Assembly: GCF_006345805.1 (NCBI RefSeq)
Contig: NC_043000.1
Span: 161,386,001 to 161,450,000, forward strand
Source of the DNA: Octopus sinensis
Taxonomy: Eukaryota
Direction: 5' to 3'
DNA: 64,000 nucleotides
Shown here: positions 21,543 to 34,330 of the stretch, piece after piece
How the letters are laid out: every line of letters starts with the position of its first letter
Numbering within the stretch: position 1 is the stretch's first letter
Translations under genes and position numbers: made by a program
Notes under the pieces: generated by a model
What the model saw: the letters and a program-made list of their open reading frames with translations, nothing else
What the model was told of the DNA's origin: nothing
Databases searched by the model: none

Positions 21543-24500
21543 CTAACTTATTATGAAAAGAGCAGTTTAACAGAGCAAAGAGTGGTTGCATTTAGTAATT
21601 ACCGAATGTCGCTGAATAGTTAAGTAACATTTCACGGTTACAAATCTTTCGTCGTAGAAAATTTGAAATGTATGAAAACTTAAAAGAACGTAAGAGGAAA
21701 CTGTTAACAAGTCTGTAAGTGACAAGGTCATTAACCTGCGGTATTATCCTTGTGGCAAAAAGCAAATATAAATGTCTGTGGAGACATATGTCTATGTATT
21801 TTGCAAATGATTAAGGTTTTATCATGTTATTGTGTATACTATTTCAACTATGACATCGACAAAAGATATTTTACAGGGCATCTGTTAATATATTAGGTAA
21901 CAAGGCTGGTGGATTCATGCTGTCGTTAGAGACTTGCGCTACTTTCCCTAATCTTTACTCCCGCGTTAATAATGCTGCTGAAGTCGCCATCGCCTTTCTT
22001 ACCTCCGGATTTGGTAAAATAAGGTACCAATCTACAACTACGAGTGATGTAATCAACTAATATCTCTCATCAAAATTCTTGTCCTTGTACTTAAACTAGA
22101 CACAATTTGTTTATGCAACTACATTAAATCTCATTTTTCATATATTTCTAGGCACCATGCTTACAAGATAAGAGATTAGACGTTTGCCATTTAAATTTTT
22201 GTAATAACACGCTATGTCATGTAGTTTCATTTATTCTCTGAATTCCAGTTCTATTCCATCTTCTGTGATAAAATATTGTGATGTTTGTGACATAAATAAC
22301 TATTAGGCTAGTAGGAAGCACTGAAACAACATCATGACCTCTGGGCATAAGTAATATTTTGTACCCTTTTAGGGATCTACAGAAATAGAATATCTGTTTT
22401 ATAATAAGTTAACATTTTGCTGTCCACAGCTCTGTTTAAGATGTTGCTAATAACTTGACTTCTTCAACAGCCAACAGCTACTAACAGTACTCTGTAACAA
22501 CTTCTGCACATAACTGTTCTAAATTATGATTCTCAGAATTCTACAGTAATTTATATTTGCAGATCATTGCGGCAAACAACTTGCGTGTGTGTGTTATTGT
22601 GTGTGTGGTGTGTACGTGTTATTGTGTGTGGTGTGTTTGCGTGTTATTGTGTGTGGTGTGTGTGTGTGTGTACATAAAATTCTATTATATATCCTTGTCG
22701 TAAATGTAACCCCTTTAAGAACAATTGTTACTCACAATGACATAGGATTAATCTAATGTACAAGATGTTTTGTATTTCATTTTGCTCGTGATTTTCTTCT
22801 GGAAGGATCAGTTGCTTCTTTTATTTTTTTTTTTTTTTGGTTCTTTAATGTTAAGTGGCAGAAAATATCTGATAGAATTTTTTTAGCTATTTTTTTTTTT
22901 TTTCTTTAAATTTCAAATGCTTACATTTTCTCTGTGTTTTTCCATTGCCTATAAATATTCTGAAACAGAAAATTAGCTGTTAGGTCACTAATGACGACTT
23001 CGTATTCCAGTACAAAGTTAAAGGAAACTTATTGAAATCATGTCTTTCTGCATTTGGAAATTGATGAATATCAAAAGCAAGATAAATGTTGATCATGTTC
23101 GAAAATTTGACTCACTTGCAGATCTTCGAGACTATTCTCTTGTACACGTTTTGAAAACAATGTGCTCTAATTCATTTCGATATTGCAAAAATTCTATAGA
23201 ATTCATTTTTTTTTCTGTAGTGATCATAACCGAAAGAGTTACACAGAGTCTACATATCCTGCTCGATATCGTTGTCCGACAATGGATTAAACTGAGTATG
23301 GCAAGCTCAGTAAAATCTCGCCTATTGGCAGTATTGCCGGGCCATTTGAGATCTAAGAGCATTACTCATTGGCAGTGACAGGTTACGAACTTTCAGCCTC
23401 CGCTATCAGCGAGTTACAGATTTATCGACCTTGCTATCTTTATTCTCCTCAGTCTTTGTTATAGACCGAAATAAATCAATGAAACAATCAAAGACTGTGA
23501 ATTATTAGATGATAAAGGCAACGAAATAATAAAACCTCAAGAGGTTTTTCAGTTGTTATTTTGTCATCAGATAGCAGGCTTGGTTTGAAGAATACGGATT
23601 TGTTGTTTCTTTTTTTTTTCTTTTTCTCAATACAAATAAATTCAATATTCAATCAATTAAGATTCTCTTAGAACAGATGTAAATAAATCAACTTGTATTC
23701 GATGCTATCAAGGCTCGAAAGAAACATTAAAGAAACAAAAAAAAAATCCTTGTCAAATATGAAAAGATACAGTAACACAAGGCAAAAATATAAACAAATG
23801 AAAGCAAAGTGGTTCGAAGGTGAAATTTTCATCAAAGTCTAACATAATATTTTTAAAAATATCAAGCAAACAAGAGAAGCGTTGGGTAGGATAAAAAGTA
23901 AGAGGAGTGATGATACAGGAATAAAGAGAGAGAGAGAGAGAAAGAGAGAGAAAGAAGATAAGGTTGAAGGAGCGAGAACTCAGACAGGTTCCAATAAATA
24001 TATATTGACTAAAGAAATTAATTCATTGCATTAGATTATACATTAAATATTGCATTGAGTGTCGTTTGAAACCAAAACATCAAGTGCAATAAATGAGGTA
24101 AAGATCATCGAAATAAACAAAAATAAATTAATAAAAAATAGAAATAAATAATTTATAAAATAAAAAAAGCACATCAACGTTCTCACTGGAAGTGTACAAT
24201 TTTTCTTTGCCATTTCTAATTTTGGTTTTGTATTTGTTCTTTAGTATTTCTCCTGCTTTTTAACCCGCAATATTCAATGAAGTCAGCCAATGTCAACATG
24301 ACCTAATCAATGAAGCTAGAAAAACGCCAAGCAGAAGTTAAAGACACTACATTGCATTGCGAGCTGAGTACTGGACTAAGCTGAATAATTGATTTTTAGT
24401 GGTGGGGTAGCTTAGGCACCGAAATTCTTTTTCAGTAAGGCAATTTGTTTTATAGTTAAGTGACTTATGCTAATAGGCCGCCTCTACGAGGGGGTCTATT

Positions 24501-25845
24501 GGTAAAAACTATCGAACAACTAATTAAACGTGTTATACTATTCAATTTTCCATAGCGCTTATGTCACTAATGATCACAAAATGAACATGAATATTCCGAC
24601 TGTTTATTCTCCCTCTATTTACTATATAACCTCTGCACCCAAGAAAAAAAAATGAAGTAATATTTAATTTCATTTCCATATATTGAAAGTTCAAGTTCAG
24701 TACTGTACATTGACTTTTCCTTTGTCTACGGTAACTAACAATAAGAGAAGTTTAGTCAAGCTGATTCAGTCTGCTTTTCCCTTTCCATTAAAATTTCATT
24801 TCGAGCTTTAAAACTATCAGTATTTTGACCACGCTAGTACATTCCTTTATGCTATATATCTGTAAATGCTCTTTGTTAATTTTTTCTATGGTTTACATTC
24901 TATTTTGGATCGTATCATCTTTCTTTTCAACCTTCTAATCAGGAAAACATAGTTTCAAGGAGTAATTATTTGTGTCGAACAGTCACCCAAACGACCAATC
25001 AGCTAATCAAGATATAATAGGTAATCATATAAATTGAATTATTTCTCTCTTTAATACAATACAAAATAAAATGTACTGGACAATGAAATACGTAATTTTG
25101 AGGTTAAGTAGGTGACAATGTAACAAATATGGTTCTCAGTTCAATTACTCTATCTTAATCTTTGAGCAGATGTCTACAGATTCGGGTTATTCAATAAGTT
25201 TTTGAATAGAATATATTAGCAAGAATCCGCTCAAATTTTGATTATAACCATAAATGTGCTTATTCACTTAAGACAATAATTATGCATAAATTTGTGGGGA
25301 AAACGATGTAGTTTATGCTGGTATTGTCATTTTTATGTCCTATAAATAAGTTGTTCTGCAAGAAAAGATAGAGAGAACATTTTCCTGGCTAAAAGATAAA
25401 TGAAACACTCGAAGAATCTACCTCCAGGATAACCGCAGTGTAATGAAAGAAATCAGCAAGATATTATGATTAATTATTGATATTTTGTTTATCTCAGCAA
25501 ATAAGAGGGATAAATTGAATATTTCTCAAACAATTATATCACTCAGTAAATATACAAAGTTGTATTGTTGAATGTTTTCAGAAAGGTGAGGTGCGGATGA
25601 AATATTAAACAATACTCGAGCAGTTATTGGATTGGTACGATCGCCAAGAAGCATGTTTCCAGCATGTTCATAGCTGCCGTAGAGTAAGAATGTGCTTACG
25701 TGAAGGCCAATCTTGCAAAAGGGAATCTGTCTCTAAAGAATTACAAATGCGATGGCTGAAACTATAAACAACTTAAATTTCATCACCCTGCCTCATACGG
25801 TCGTTGTGGAGAGTATGAAAGTCAATGTTGTGTGCAAGACATGCA

Positions 25846-26012
25846 AGCAGCAGCAACAGCAGCCGCAGCAGCAGCTGCAGCGGTAGCGACAGCAGTAGCA
25901 ACGGCAGTAGCAGCAGCAGCAGCAGTAGTAGTAGTAATAGTAGTAGTAGTGGTGGTTGTGGTGGTGGTGGTCGTCGTCGTGGTCGTGGTAGAAGTAGTAG
26001 TAGTAGTAGTAG
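25846..26012. repeat. Compound trinucleotide (CAG)n-(TAG)n-(TGG)n-(TCG)n-(TAG)n
   Basis: Direct reading; source of the poly-A/V/S/L ORFs. Confidence 0.9.
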
Positions 26013-26507
26013 TTCTTCACACACGGTATTATGGTGAAAAGTATTGCCATTAAAACTTGCATTCCTTTTGCATATCCACATGTACTTCATTTAGGACGCC
26101 ATCGAGAGAGAGAGAGAGCGAGAGAGAGAGAGGAAGACAGACAGACAGACAGACAGAAAGACAGAGACAGGGACAGAGCGCGATAGCCGTTATTTTTGGC
26201 ATGTCGAGTGACCATAATAGATCAATGAAGACGAGAAAAAAAATCACTTCGTTATTTATCGAGAGACCTCAAAGTTTTACTCGCTAATTTACTGTTTACT
26301 GTTTTCTAGTTACTATTTATTTACTAATTTTGTTAATGCCAGCTAGCAGTGAGGATAAGATATTGGACTACCAGCTCATAAATCGCCGGGAGTCATTCTG
26401 CTTCTGGCTTTCACACTATATTTTGCATTGCCTCAGTTCATCTAACATTCATCTGGGAACGTTGCCTACGATAACCACAAGATTCATATTTCATTCGTTC
26501 TACACCA

Positions 26508-26594
<87 letters not shown>

Positions 26595-28084
26595 TTGCTT
26601 CTCTCTCTTTAATATCTACGTACATGAAGTTCCTATGAAACACATAAGCAAACGAACATATATTAGGCATACAATAAAATAAGTATATTTTGAATGTTTT
26701 CGTACATAAGAATATTACATAAGAATATGTATATATATATATATATATATAGAGAGAGGGGGGTAAGAGTGAGAGAGATAGAGAGATTCACACACGTATT
26801 TATATACATATCTATATATATATATATAGAGAGAGAGGAGAGATGAATATTAAGTAAAAGAGAGAGGAAAAAGAGATTATTGTAAACACAAAAATAACAC
26901 TATGGGCCAATATATGTACATAATGCAACTGCATAGTGTGCAGTAAATGTTTTTGCGCAACAGGATGTAGTCTAGACACGGAATAGAAGAAACACTAGGA
27001 CACTAAATGCAGCAGTGACCTGACCTATTTTTTACTCAGCTCACATTTCTTTGCATTATAAAATCCGGCTCGGTGCTTCACTATATAAAAAGCTACGAAC
27101 TTAACTTTGATAACCACCAGAATAAAACCCGTATATACGATACTTTTTAAATAATTCTTTGCAATAAGTTTCATCTTCATCAGATGATATATACTGTATG
27201 TGTATATATATATGTATATGTATATATGTATGTATGTTTTTCCCAAATAACTGCGTTATGAAGATATGAGTATATACTGAATTATCTATCATTAGTCTGC
27301 AAAAATGGTTTTTCTCTTATTGAACTTTGTTGGAGAGTTTTGAATTTCTTGTTTTCTTGTTTTCTTTTAAAAGTAAATGCAAAATAGTGTGCACCGTTTA
27401 TCCCCCCTCCATCCCGCCGCATAATTCGCTGCCACCTCGATTTTTGTGTGCTATTTTCTATTTACTAAATTTCTATTAAGCTCTTAATGCGAGACTTAAC
27501 ATTGGAATTGAATGTGACTTAATTTACTGCAATTGCAACGACAACGACGTGAAACAAACGAAAATTACTTGGTGCAACTAATACTCTGATAAGTGTGCAT
27601 TCGTCTGCAGTGACGATGAGGCGAGCAGACAAATGTCATTACAACATGACGTTGTTGGCAATAGTTTTGATAACAATTATTTCACAAGCTGTGTGACCTA
27701 CCAGCTTACAGGAATGCTTAGTAACAAATGAAATTTATAGCAGTGTAGTAACTGAAATGAGGGCACAATTGAAAAACAATGTCATATAGTTTGTGTGAAC
27801 AGTACAGCGTTAATGCAACTAGCAAGTTGATTCAGGTCGGCGACACCAATACCACCTTACATGCAACTGGCGAGTGCAACGGTGACTGGTGACGGATTTG
27901 CTGTAAAACAATTCTTTATGCATTATATATCGCATAAATAGTAAAGGAAGGTTATGCATCGGAGCATGGTTAGGAAGCATGATCCACAGTGCGTTTACTC
28001 GAGCGAATTTCTTCTAGTATTGCTTCCAAGTGAAATTTGGTAGATGGAACTTGTCATGTGTCTGTACCTTTATGCTTCGGTGAC

Positions 28085-28127
28085 TTTTCAATACATATAT
28101 ATATACATATATATGTATGTCTTTTCA

Positions 28128-28161
<34 letters not shown>

Positions 28162-28272
28162 TATATATATATGTATGTATGTATATGTATATGTACACGT
28201 ATATATATATATATGTATGTATATATATATATATATACATACATATATATATATATACGTGTACATATACAT

Positions 28273-28328
<56 letters not shown>

Positions 28329-28361
28329 ATGTATATGTACACGTATATATATATATATATG

Positions 28362-28420
<59 letters not shown>

Positions 28421-28434
28421 GTATATATATATAT
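28085..28434. repeat. Interrupted (TA)n array with repeated tgtatgtatgtatatgtatatgtacacg unit
   Basis: Direct reading; source of the IYIY ORFs. Confidence 0.9.
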
Positions 28435-28625
28435 AGTTAATCCAAACAAGAAAACACAGAAAAAAAGAGAAAAAAACACACCAACGCAGGACGTGGAACA
28501 ATTAAAGTATTATTGACGCTCAGGAAAGAAGGGAAGGAGGGTTTAACGTTTCGAGCGGAGCTCTTCGTCGGAAACAAGGAGAAGGAAAGATCCCAAGGAG
28601 GGAAGACAGAGGAGACAATATTTGA
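28435..28625 (-). mobile_element. PLE-type 3' terminus abutting (TA)n
   Basis: Contains a hammerhead motif and ends ...gtttggattaact-(TA)n; same end at 13129-13155; no ORF attached, so PLE assignment is by analogy. Confidence 0.6.
28541..28575 (-). ncRNA. 35-nt minimal hammerhead variant (U4C, extra A after A9)
   Basis: GTTT CCGACGA A GAGC tcc GCTC GAAA CG TT AAAC; stems I (4 bp) and II (4 bp) perfect; palindromic AACGTT. Confidence 0.6.
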
Positions 28626-28779
28626 GCTGGTGGTGCTTAAGGGATCACAAATTCAACGATTATTTATGTCGCTCTTGTTCAGGAACAACTTTACGGTGAA
28701 CACTGAACGCCATTGGAAAGCATAAACAATAAAGTTTTAGTTGAAAACAAGTTAGCCGATGTGGCGGACTGAATATTGG

Positions 28780-29370
28780 AAGAGATTTACCTGTGTCATC
28801 AGTATTTGCGCCGGGTATCAAAATGACGACATCATGGTTGCTGCTTAATGCCGTGTGAATACTGTAAAGGCTTTAAAATGTGACATATACAGCTGCAACG
28901 GAGACTAAGAATCCGTGGCCAGCAGGAAGGGACACAGAAGGCATTCTTACTGCGTTCGCACAATGGAACTCATCCGCACATCTTCGAAAAGAGCCTTTGG
29001 CTCATTTCAGACGGCTATGTGAAGCTGATGGAGACGTGTTGGAGTGGGATACTGCTAAAAGTGCATATGTGTGGCAGCAAGATTCAGCTCCTTACCATAC
29101 CTCTATATAGAGTCAGAAGTGTTTGCTAGAAGATCTCTACTTCACCAACCTCAATTTTCTGGCCTCCTAATTCCGGTGATTGCAGTCGCTTTTGTTGCTA
29201 TGTGCAACCTGTCTGACTGTAACACCAAGACCGAGCTCATTGCCAAGATCAAAGTGCTGAAAGATCTTTCCAGAGACGGTGAGGAACGCATGCGCCAGGC
29301 TACAGAGCCGTCTTGAGACCCTTATGGAAGCTGAGTGAGGCTATTTTGAGTAAATTGTTATCTCACAGCC
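28780..29370 (+). mobile_element. Tc1/mariner-superfamily transposase remnant (DD37D/maT-like)
   Basis: YVWQQDSAPYHTS, FWPPNSGDC, CNTKTELIAKIKV and ...EAE.GYFE* end; frameshifted. Confidence 0.7.
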
Positions 29371-29459
29371 ACAATTTGGATTTTATTCTTTGGTTTTATT
29401 AATTTTCTTTCTATACGGTATATTGTGATTTCTTTTCTTTTTATGGATGAAGAAAAGAA

Positions 29460-30965
29460 AAGCGATAGGTAGTGAGAGTAGTGGGTGTTGCAGCCACATC
29501 TCCATATTAAGGCGGCCACTTTTCCTGATGATCTTCGGACAGAAAGAAACCATCATGATTAACATATATATACATTTATATGTGTAACGTAATAGTTTGG
29601 AAACATCAATTAGTCTCATATCTAGTGTGAACCAGATATTTCTTCAGTTTTTCTAAATGATAACCGTTCTCTGCAAAGAATGTTTTTTAAACACAAGAAA
29701 GCTGGTAATAGTTCAGTAAATGTTCCTCCTAAAAATTTATGGTCGGGCGAGTTGTTTTCCTTCGTTTGGTAGCTAGGTTTTCCAATTTTGAAGTAAAAAC
29801 TTCCGAAAATGTGGACAATTCCCCACGGCTTCCACCCTGGCTTTCAGGCAGCCTCCTGGCTCATATGAGTTCCTGAGGATAATATATCTTTCTGCCATAC
29901 ACAATTTACACAGTCTTGTTCCATTGCGACAGGATATACAAGTTTCCAGGAATTCCCACCTGATGTTAAAGGACGTATGATTGTCCTTTAGGTGCCATAC
30001 GTATTCTGCGAGTGTTGTTGTGTTGCGTCTCTCCGGGACTCTGAAAGAAGATCTGTTGTTGTTCAAGCGAATTTTAAATTTGGGTTCACAAGATCCAACA
30101 TAAAGTTTAGGCTACTATACATTAATACAGCCTCCTGCCACCCACCCGTAGTTTTCAAAAACCTTATAAAATGTATCAGTAAACGGATTTCGATCTTATC
30201 TTCAAACAAAGATATTTTCGTCGCAGCGGTTCCTGCTTACAATGAAGCACTAGCGACCAGCGGATTCAAAGAGAATACAGTATATATACCAGGATTGAGT
30301 AACCATAAAATGAAACGCCACTGCAAGACTGTATGGTTCGCTTCCCGCTTCTCCCTAAACGTACGGACATGCGTAGGTAAGATTTTCTTAGGTCGGTTGA
30401 TAAACATTGCACGCGATCACACAAATATAGAAAGATCTTTAACAGACATAATTTAAGGATCTCTTTCAGTTGTGCACCCAATGTTAAGAAAATATTACTT
30501 AGCACTCCTAAACTATGGACAGAGGCAGGTTGTTCATGCAGGATTAGAAATGAATGCCCAGTGGACACCGAGGCTACAGTGTACCATGCAAAGGTAGCCT
30601 CCAACAGAAGCAGCACAAATATCAGTAACTTCAATGCCAACACAGAGGCACACACAAAAATTTATGTCGGATATTGCGAATCCAAATTTAAAATTCGCCT
30701 TCTTTCAAGGTCTCAGAGAGTCGCAAGACAACAACACTCGCAGCATACGTATGTTGCCTAAAGGACGATCGTACGCCCTTTAACATCAGGTAAAAATTAC
30801 TGGAAACTAGTGGACCCTATTGCAATGGAACAAGACTATGTAAATTGTGTATGGCAGAAAGATCTATTATCTTCGTGAACTCACATGAGCCAGGAGGCTA
30901 CCTGAACACCAGAACAGAAGCCGTGGGAAGTTGTCCACATTTTCGGAAGTATTTACTTCAAAATA
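29460..30965. mobile_element. Old PLE insertion: inverted GIY-YIG/3' arm (to 30108, minus) + forward RT-thumb/GIY-YIG copy (30111-30965, plus)
   Basis: Plus: YINTASCHPP..SKRISILSSNKDIF, KIYVGYCESKFKIRL, TTTLAAYV..NGTRLCKLCMAER..CPHFRKYLLQN; minus: KLYVGSCEPKFKIRLNNNRSSF..TTTLAEYV..NGTRLCKLCMAER..CPHFRKFLLQN. Confidence 0.85.
29600..29653 (-). ncRNA. Decayed hammerhead motif in the PLE 3' region
   Basis: GAAAAA CTGAAGA A ATATCTGG ttcaca CTAGATAT GAGA CTAATTGA TG TTTC; 8-bp stem II intact; GAAA changed to GAGA and N17=G predict inactivity. Confidence 0.5.
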
Positions 30966-31567
30966 ACTTCGACACATATTTACACATGTAGTACATTGAT
31001 GAGACGTTGTGTAATCATTATCATCCATCCAAGGTGTTAAATGCGCCACCTGAGGTGATTGTCCAAATGAGCCCTTCTCACTATAATTTCAGTCAATGTG
31101 GGAATGCATACCCGAAGCAGTGTCCAATTTTCAGCAGATTACAAACAAATCTAGACCCATAGATTTAGTGAGAAACACATGCAATTATATTATAATCAAA
31201 GTACAAAATACAGAAAAAAACCCATAAAAAGTGAGGGTCAGTTTGACTATAAATTACAATTCTATTTTCATCGTCAGATTATAAGGAAGGAAGTCCAAAC
31301 CAGAATGAAGGACAAAATGAAACCTTTAGTGATAATAAATTGATTAGAAGACGAAAACTAACCATTTCTGTACTTGTCAACGAATCTCTGTTTCTTTGAA
31401 AGAGCTAAATTACCCCATGTCTTTAATAAAAAAGCAACTAGTTCCCCTCTACTTATGAATCAACCTCTATTTAAAGTTAATTTATTGATATCCTGTTTTG
31501 AAACAACTACAAAATTAAATTAATACGTATATCTACCTCCTCAACCCGTATACATATAAGGTAGTGA

Positions 31568-32170
31568 ACGAGGAGGTACACAAAAGTAACCGGAAATGTT
31601 CTCTGTGGGACAAGCCCGTTCTACTTCAGGATTATGCCGCTAGGACCCACTTGATGTAACACTCAGGCATCGGTATGCCGACCGACGACGTCTTATAGAG
31701 TCGTACGGCAACGAGGTACGTCTTTGTTTTGCAGTGGTTTTCCCCTGTTCCTCATTTTGTGCGATGGCTGAAACGAAGGAACAGGGTGCTTCTGTAAAAT
31801 TCAGTTTTATGCCGGGGAAAACGGCGACCGAAACAGTCGTCATTCCTCAAAGCTGACAAGGGTGCTTCCATGTGCAAAACACACGTTTACGAGGGTTTTC
31901 AGGCTTTAGAAATGGTTACTGGTCACTTGAAGACCAACCTCGTTTGGGCAACCGTCCACTTCCCCAACAAATGAAAACATCACTAAATGATTTTGGAGGA
32001 CCGTCGCCGAGCAATCGACGAAGTTGTTGATACAACTGGTGTGTCTTCGAGCTCCTGTCAGCGAATTTTGAGCGAGGAATTGCGAACGAAAAGAGTTGCA
32101 GCAAATTTGTGTATCGCTTGCTCACGGAAGATGAAATGCAGCTACGACTGAAAGCGTGTCGTGAACTTAC
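31568..32170 (+). mobile_element. mariner transposon 5' half (TIR region + N-terminal HTH domain remnant)
   Basis: acgaggaggtacacaaaagtaaccggaa start; MAETKEQGASVKFSFMPGKTATETVV, LEDQPR, SSCQRILSEELRTKRVAAKFVYRLLTED. Confidence 0.8.
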
Positions 32171-32355
32171 AGTATAGTCGGAAATTAATCCGGACAATTG
32201 TAATTCTCTTTTTTCGCGAAGCATTGCAGACTGCTGTTTATATTAAATTTATGTATCTACACTGGCAAATCGCTAAATCATCCATTGATTTGGATTACAT
32301 AAATATATATACTAATAGAGAAGCGACTCCGGAAAGAACTGAAGTTCGAGCCAGC

Positions 32356-32404
32356 CCTAACTGATGAGGCAACGGAAATAGCCGAAACTGACGTCAGTAT
32401 TGGG
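32356..32404 (+). ncRNA. Canonical type I hammerhead ribozyme
   Basis: CCTAA CTGATGA GGC aacggaaata GCC GAAA CTGACGTCAG TA TTGGG; all core nucleotides canonical; 12-nt palindrome ACTGACGTCAGT; GUA triplet. Confidence 0.85.
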
Positions 32405-33399
32405 AATTCTCGATCGGCATTTTTCGGACGATTAAGGTCCCTGTTAGTATATATTTTTATATTTATGTGCGTTGACTACAGAATTAGAGAATTTTAGTTC
32501 TTATTGCTAGCAATGTAGGTATTTCTATCACCCTAGTCACATTTAGTGACAATTAGAATTGTCCGTTTTTTTGAAACATTGCAAATTGATGTTTATATTA
32601 ATTATATTATATTATATTATATATATATATATATATAAAACCTAGAAATTTATAACTTCATATCCATTTCAAGTACCATTTTCTCACATCTAGAACTTTA
32701 ATAATTCAAAATGAAAGCGTGATGTCCTTAAATATCTCAAATTAGCATCAATAATTAAGGATAACTAATGAGCATTATTTTGACATGGCGCTGCGTTTTA
32801 TGAAAATATGATCTTTGTCGATAATCAATTCAGCACTTACTTTGAAACATCAATTTCCAAACATTTATGATAAAGTGTTCCATTTATTCTCGTCTCATTC
32901 TCTGTTATAGTACACTATAAACTCGATAATAAGATAAGAAATTTCAAACCTAGCAATCTATTAAAATTATTTTCTATAAATGTTATTCTATGATCTAATA
33001 GCCATTTCCCCCATTCCCTTTCATATATTTTTATTTTTTGTGCAATCTTTCCCGAATTTCATATAAAAACATTTAACACATAAAGCGACAACTATTCATA
33101 AACAATAGAATCAAATTCAAGGTATAATCCCGCCCAAAGACCTGAGTGGAGTCTCGTTCTCTGGTACAGATAGAATGGCTAAGTGTACGTATATCAAAAA
33201 TGTGATATAACTTTGTCCCGTAAATCTATCCTTCCAGTAACCAAATTTGCCTTGTCTTGAATCACGCAGTTCACTAGTTTCAGTAATCGATAGGTTATAT
33301 AATTATTAAATGCTGGTTGTTTACCTCAGTTGTTATTTTCTTCTGGCTGGCAGTTATTTCTTTCTCAGTGCCACCGATTCTGTTTTCTTTACATATAGT

Positions 33400-34330
33400 A
33401 CCATTCCATAAAGTATTCCTCTTTCATTTACTATTCTTTCCAAGTTTTGTTGGTCATCTTTTCAAAGTTTATAAAGCAGTATTATCTACACAATAAGATG
33501 CCTTTATACGTTTAAACTCTGCAGATACGTCTCCCTTTCTGAAGAACTCGCTTTGTAGGATAATTAGGTCAGAATACAGTATACAACTTTGCCTGAATCT
33601 ATTCTTAATTTTAAATTCTGATGTTTTCTTTAATTCAGGTCTTATCACCAATGTTTGTTCCACGTACATTTTTGTTGCTTTTTGGCTATTACGACACATC
33701 TCGTGTTCTAATAGACATTCCTATCGCTTTTTCATGTTTCCTGTGTCAATCGCCTTGACATATTCTATGAAACACATATAGGCATCTCGATTAACAACTA
33801 GAGTCGTTTCGCATATGAATTATAAGTTAAATATCACTGAGGAATTCCCATTCTTTTCCTCACAACTTTGCATTTGAAATATTCTTCATATGTGGATGAT
33901 GTCATAGCTTAGTCATAGGATTCAATAGGTTTATGGATCTAATTACAATACACTCCTGTGCTTTGGGATTCTTTGATACTATAACAGACACCGAAGATAA
34001 TACACTTCTGGTATTTACAATCTGAAGACAGAAAAATTCTGGTTTTAATCGAAATTACTTTGATATCCAGAAAGTCCTCTAAAAATGCTAAGTGTACCAA
34101 CATCCAGAAATATCATTATCGAAACCAGGACAGATATTTCTATAATGTGTCGCATAATACAGTCTAGCACACTGAGCTGAAACCCGAGTATTATATAAAA
34201 TATCAAATATATTGCCTGTGTGCATTTAGAAGACTTTTGAAAGTATCATGAATAGAACACAAACCAACGCTGAAGTACTAAGAACGACAACAATGAAGAA
34301 CAGAGCAAACTAAAATATTTTGTAAACTTA
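33400..34330. mobile_element. Highly degraded RTE-like LINE pieces in opposite orientations
   Basis: Minus ORF 33469..33699 RFRQSCILYSDL...YCVDNTAL (degenerate GVRQGCILSP...YADDT); plus-strand post-RT remnant ~33980-34330. Confidence 0.4.

Noticed and set aside
23040-23460. Overlapping 112-aa (+) and 76-aa (-) ORFs in non-repetitive sequence
   Set aside because: No recognisable domain, and alternative frames contain stops; cannot be supported as an exon
29525-29560. Plus-strand CTGATGA...GAAAC motif
   Set aside because: Stem II does not close against GAAA, and there is no stem I or NUH site; the better motif is on the minus strand at 29600-29653
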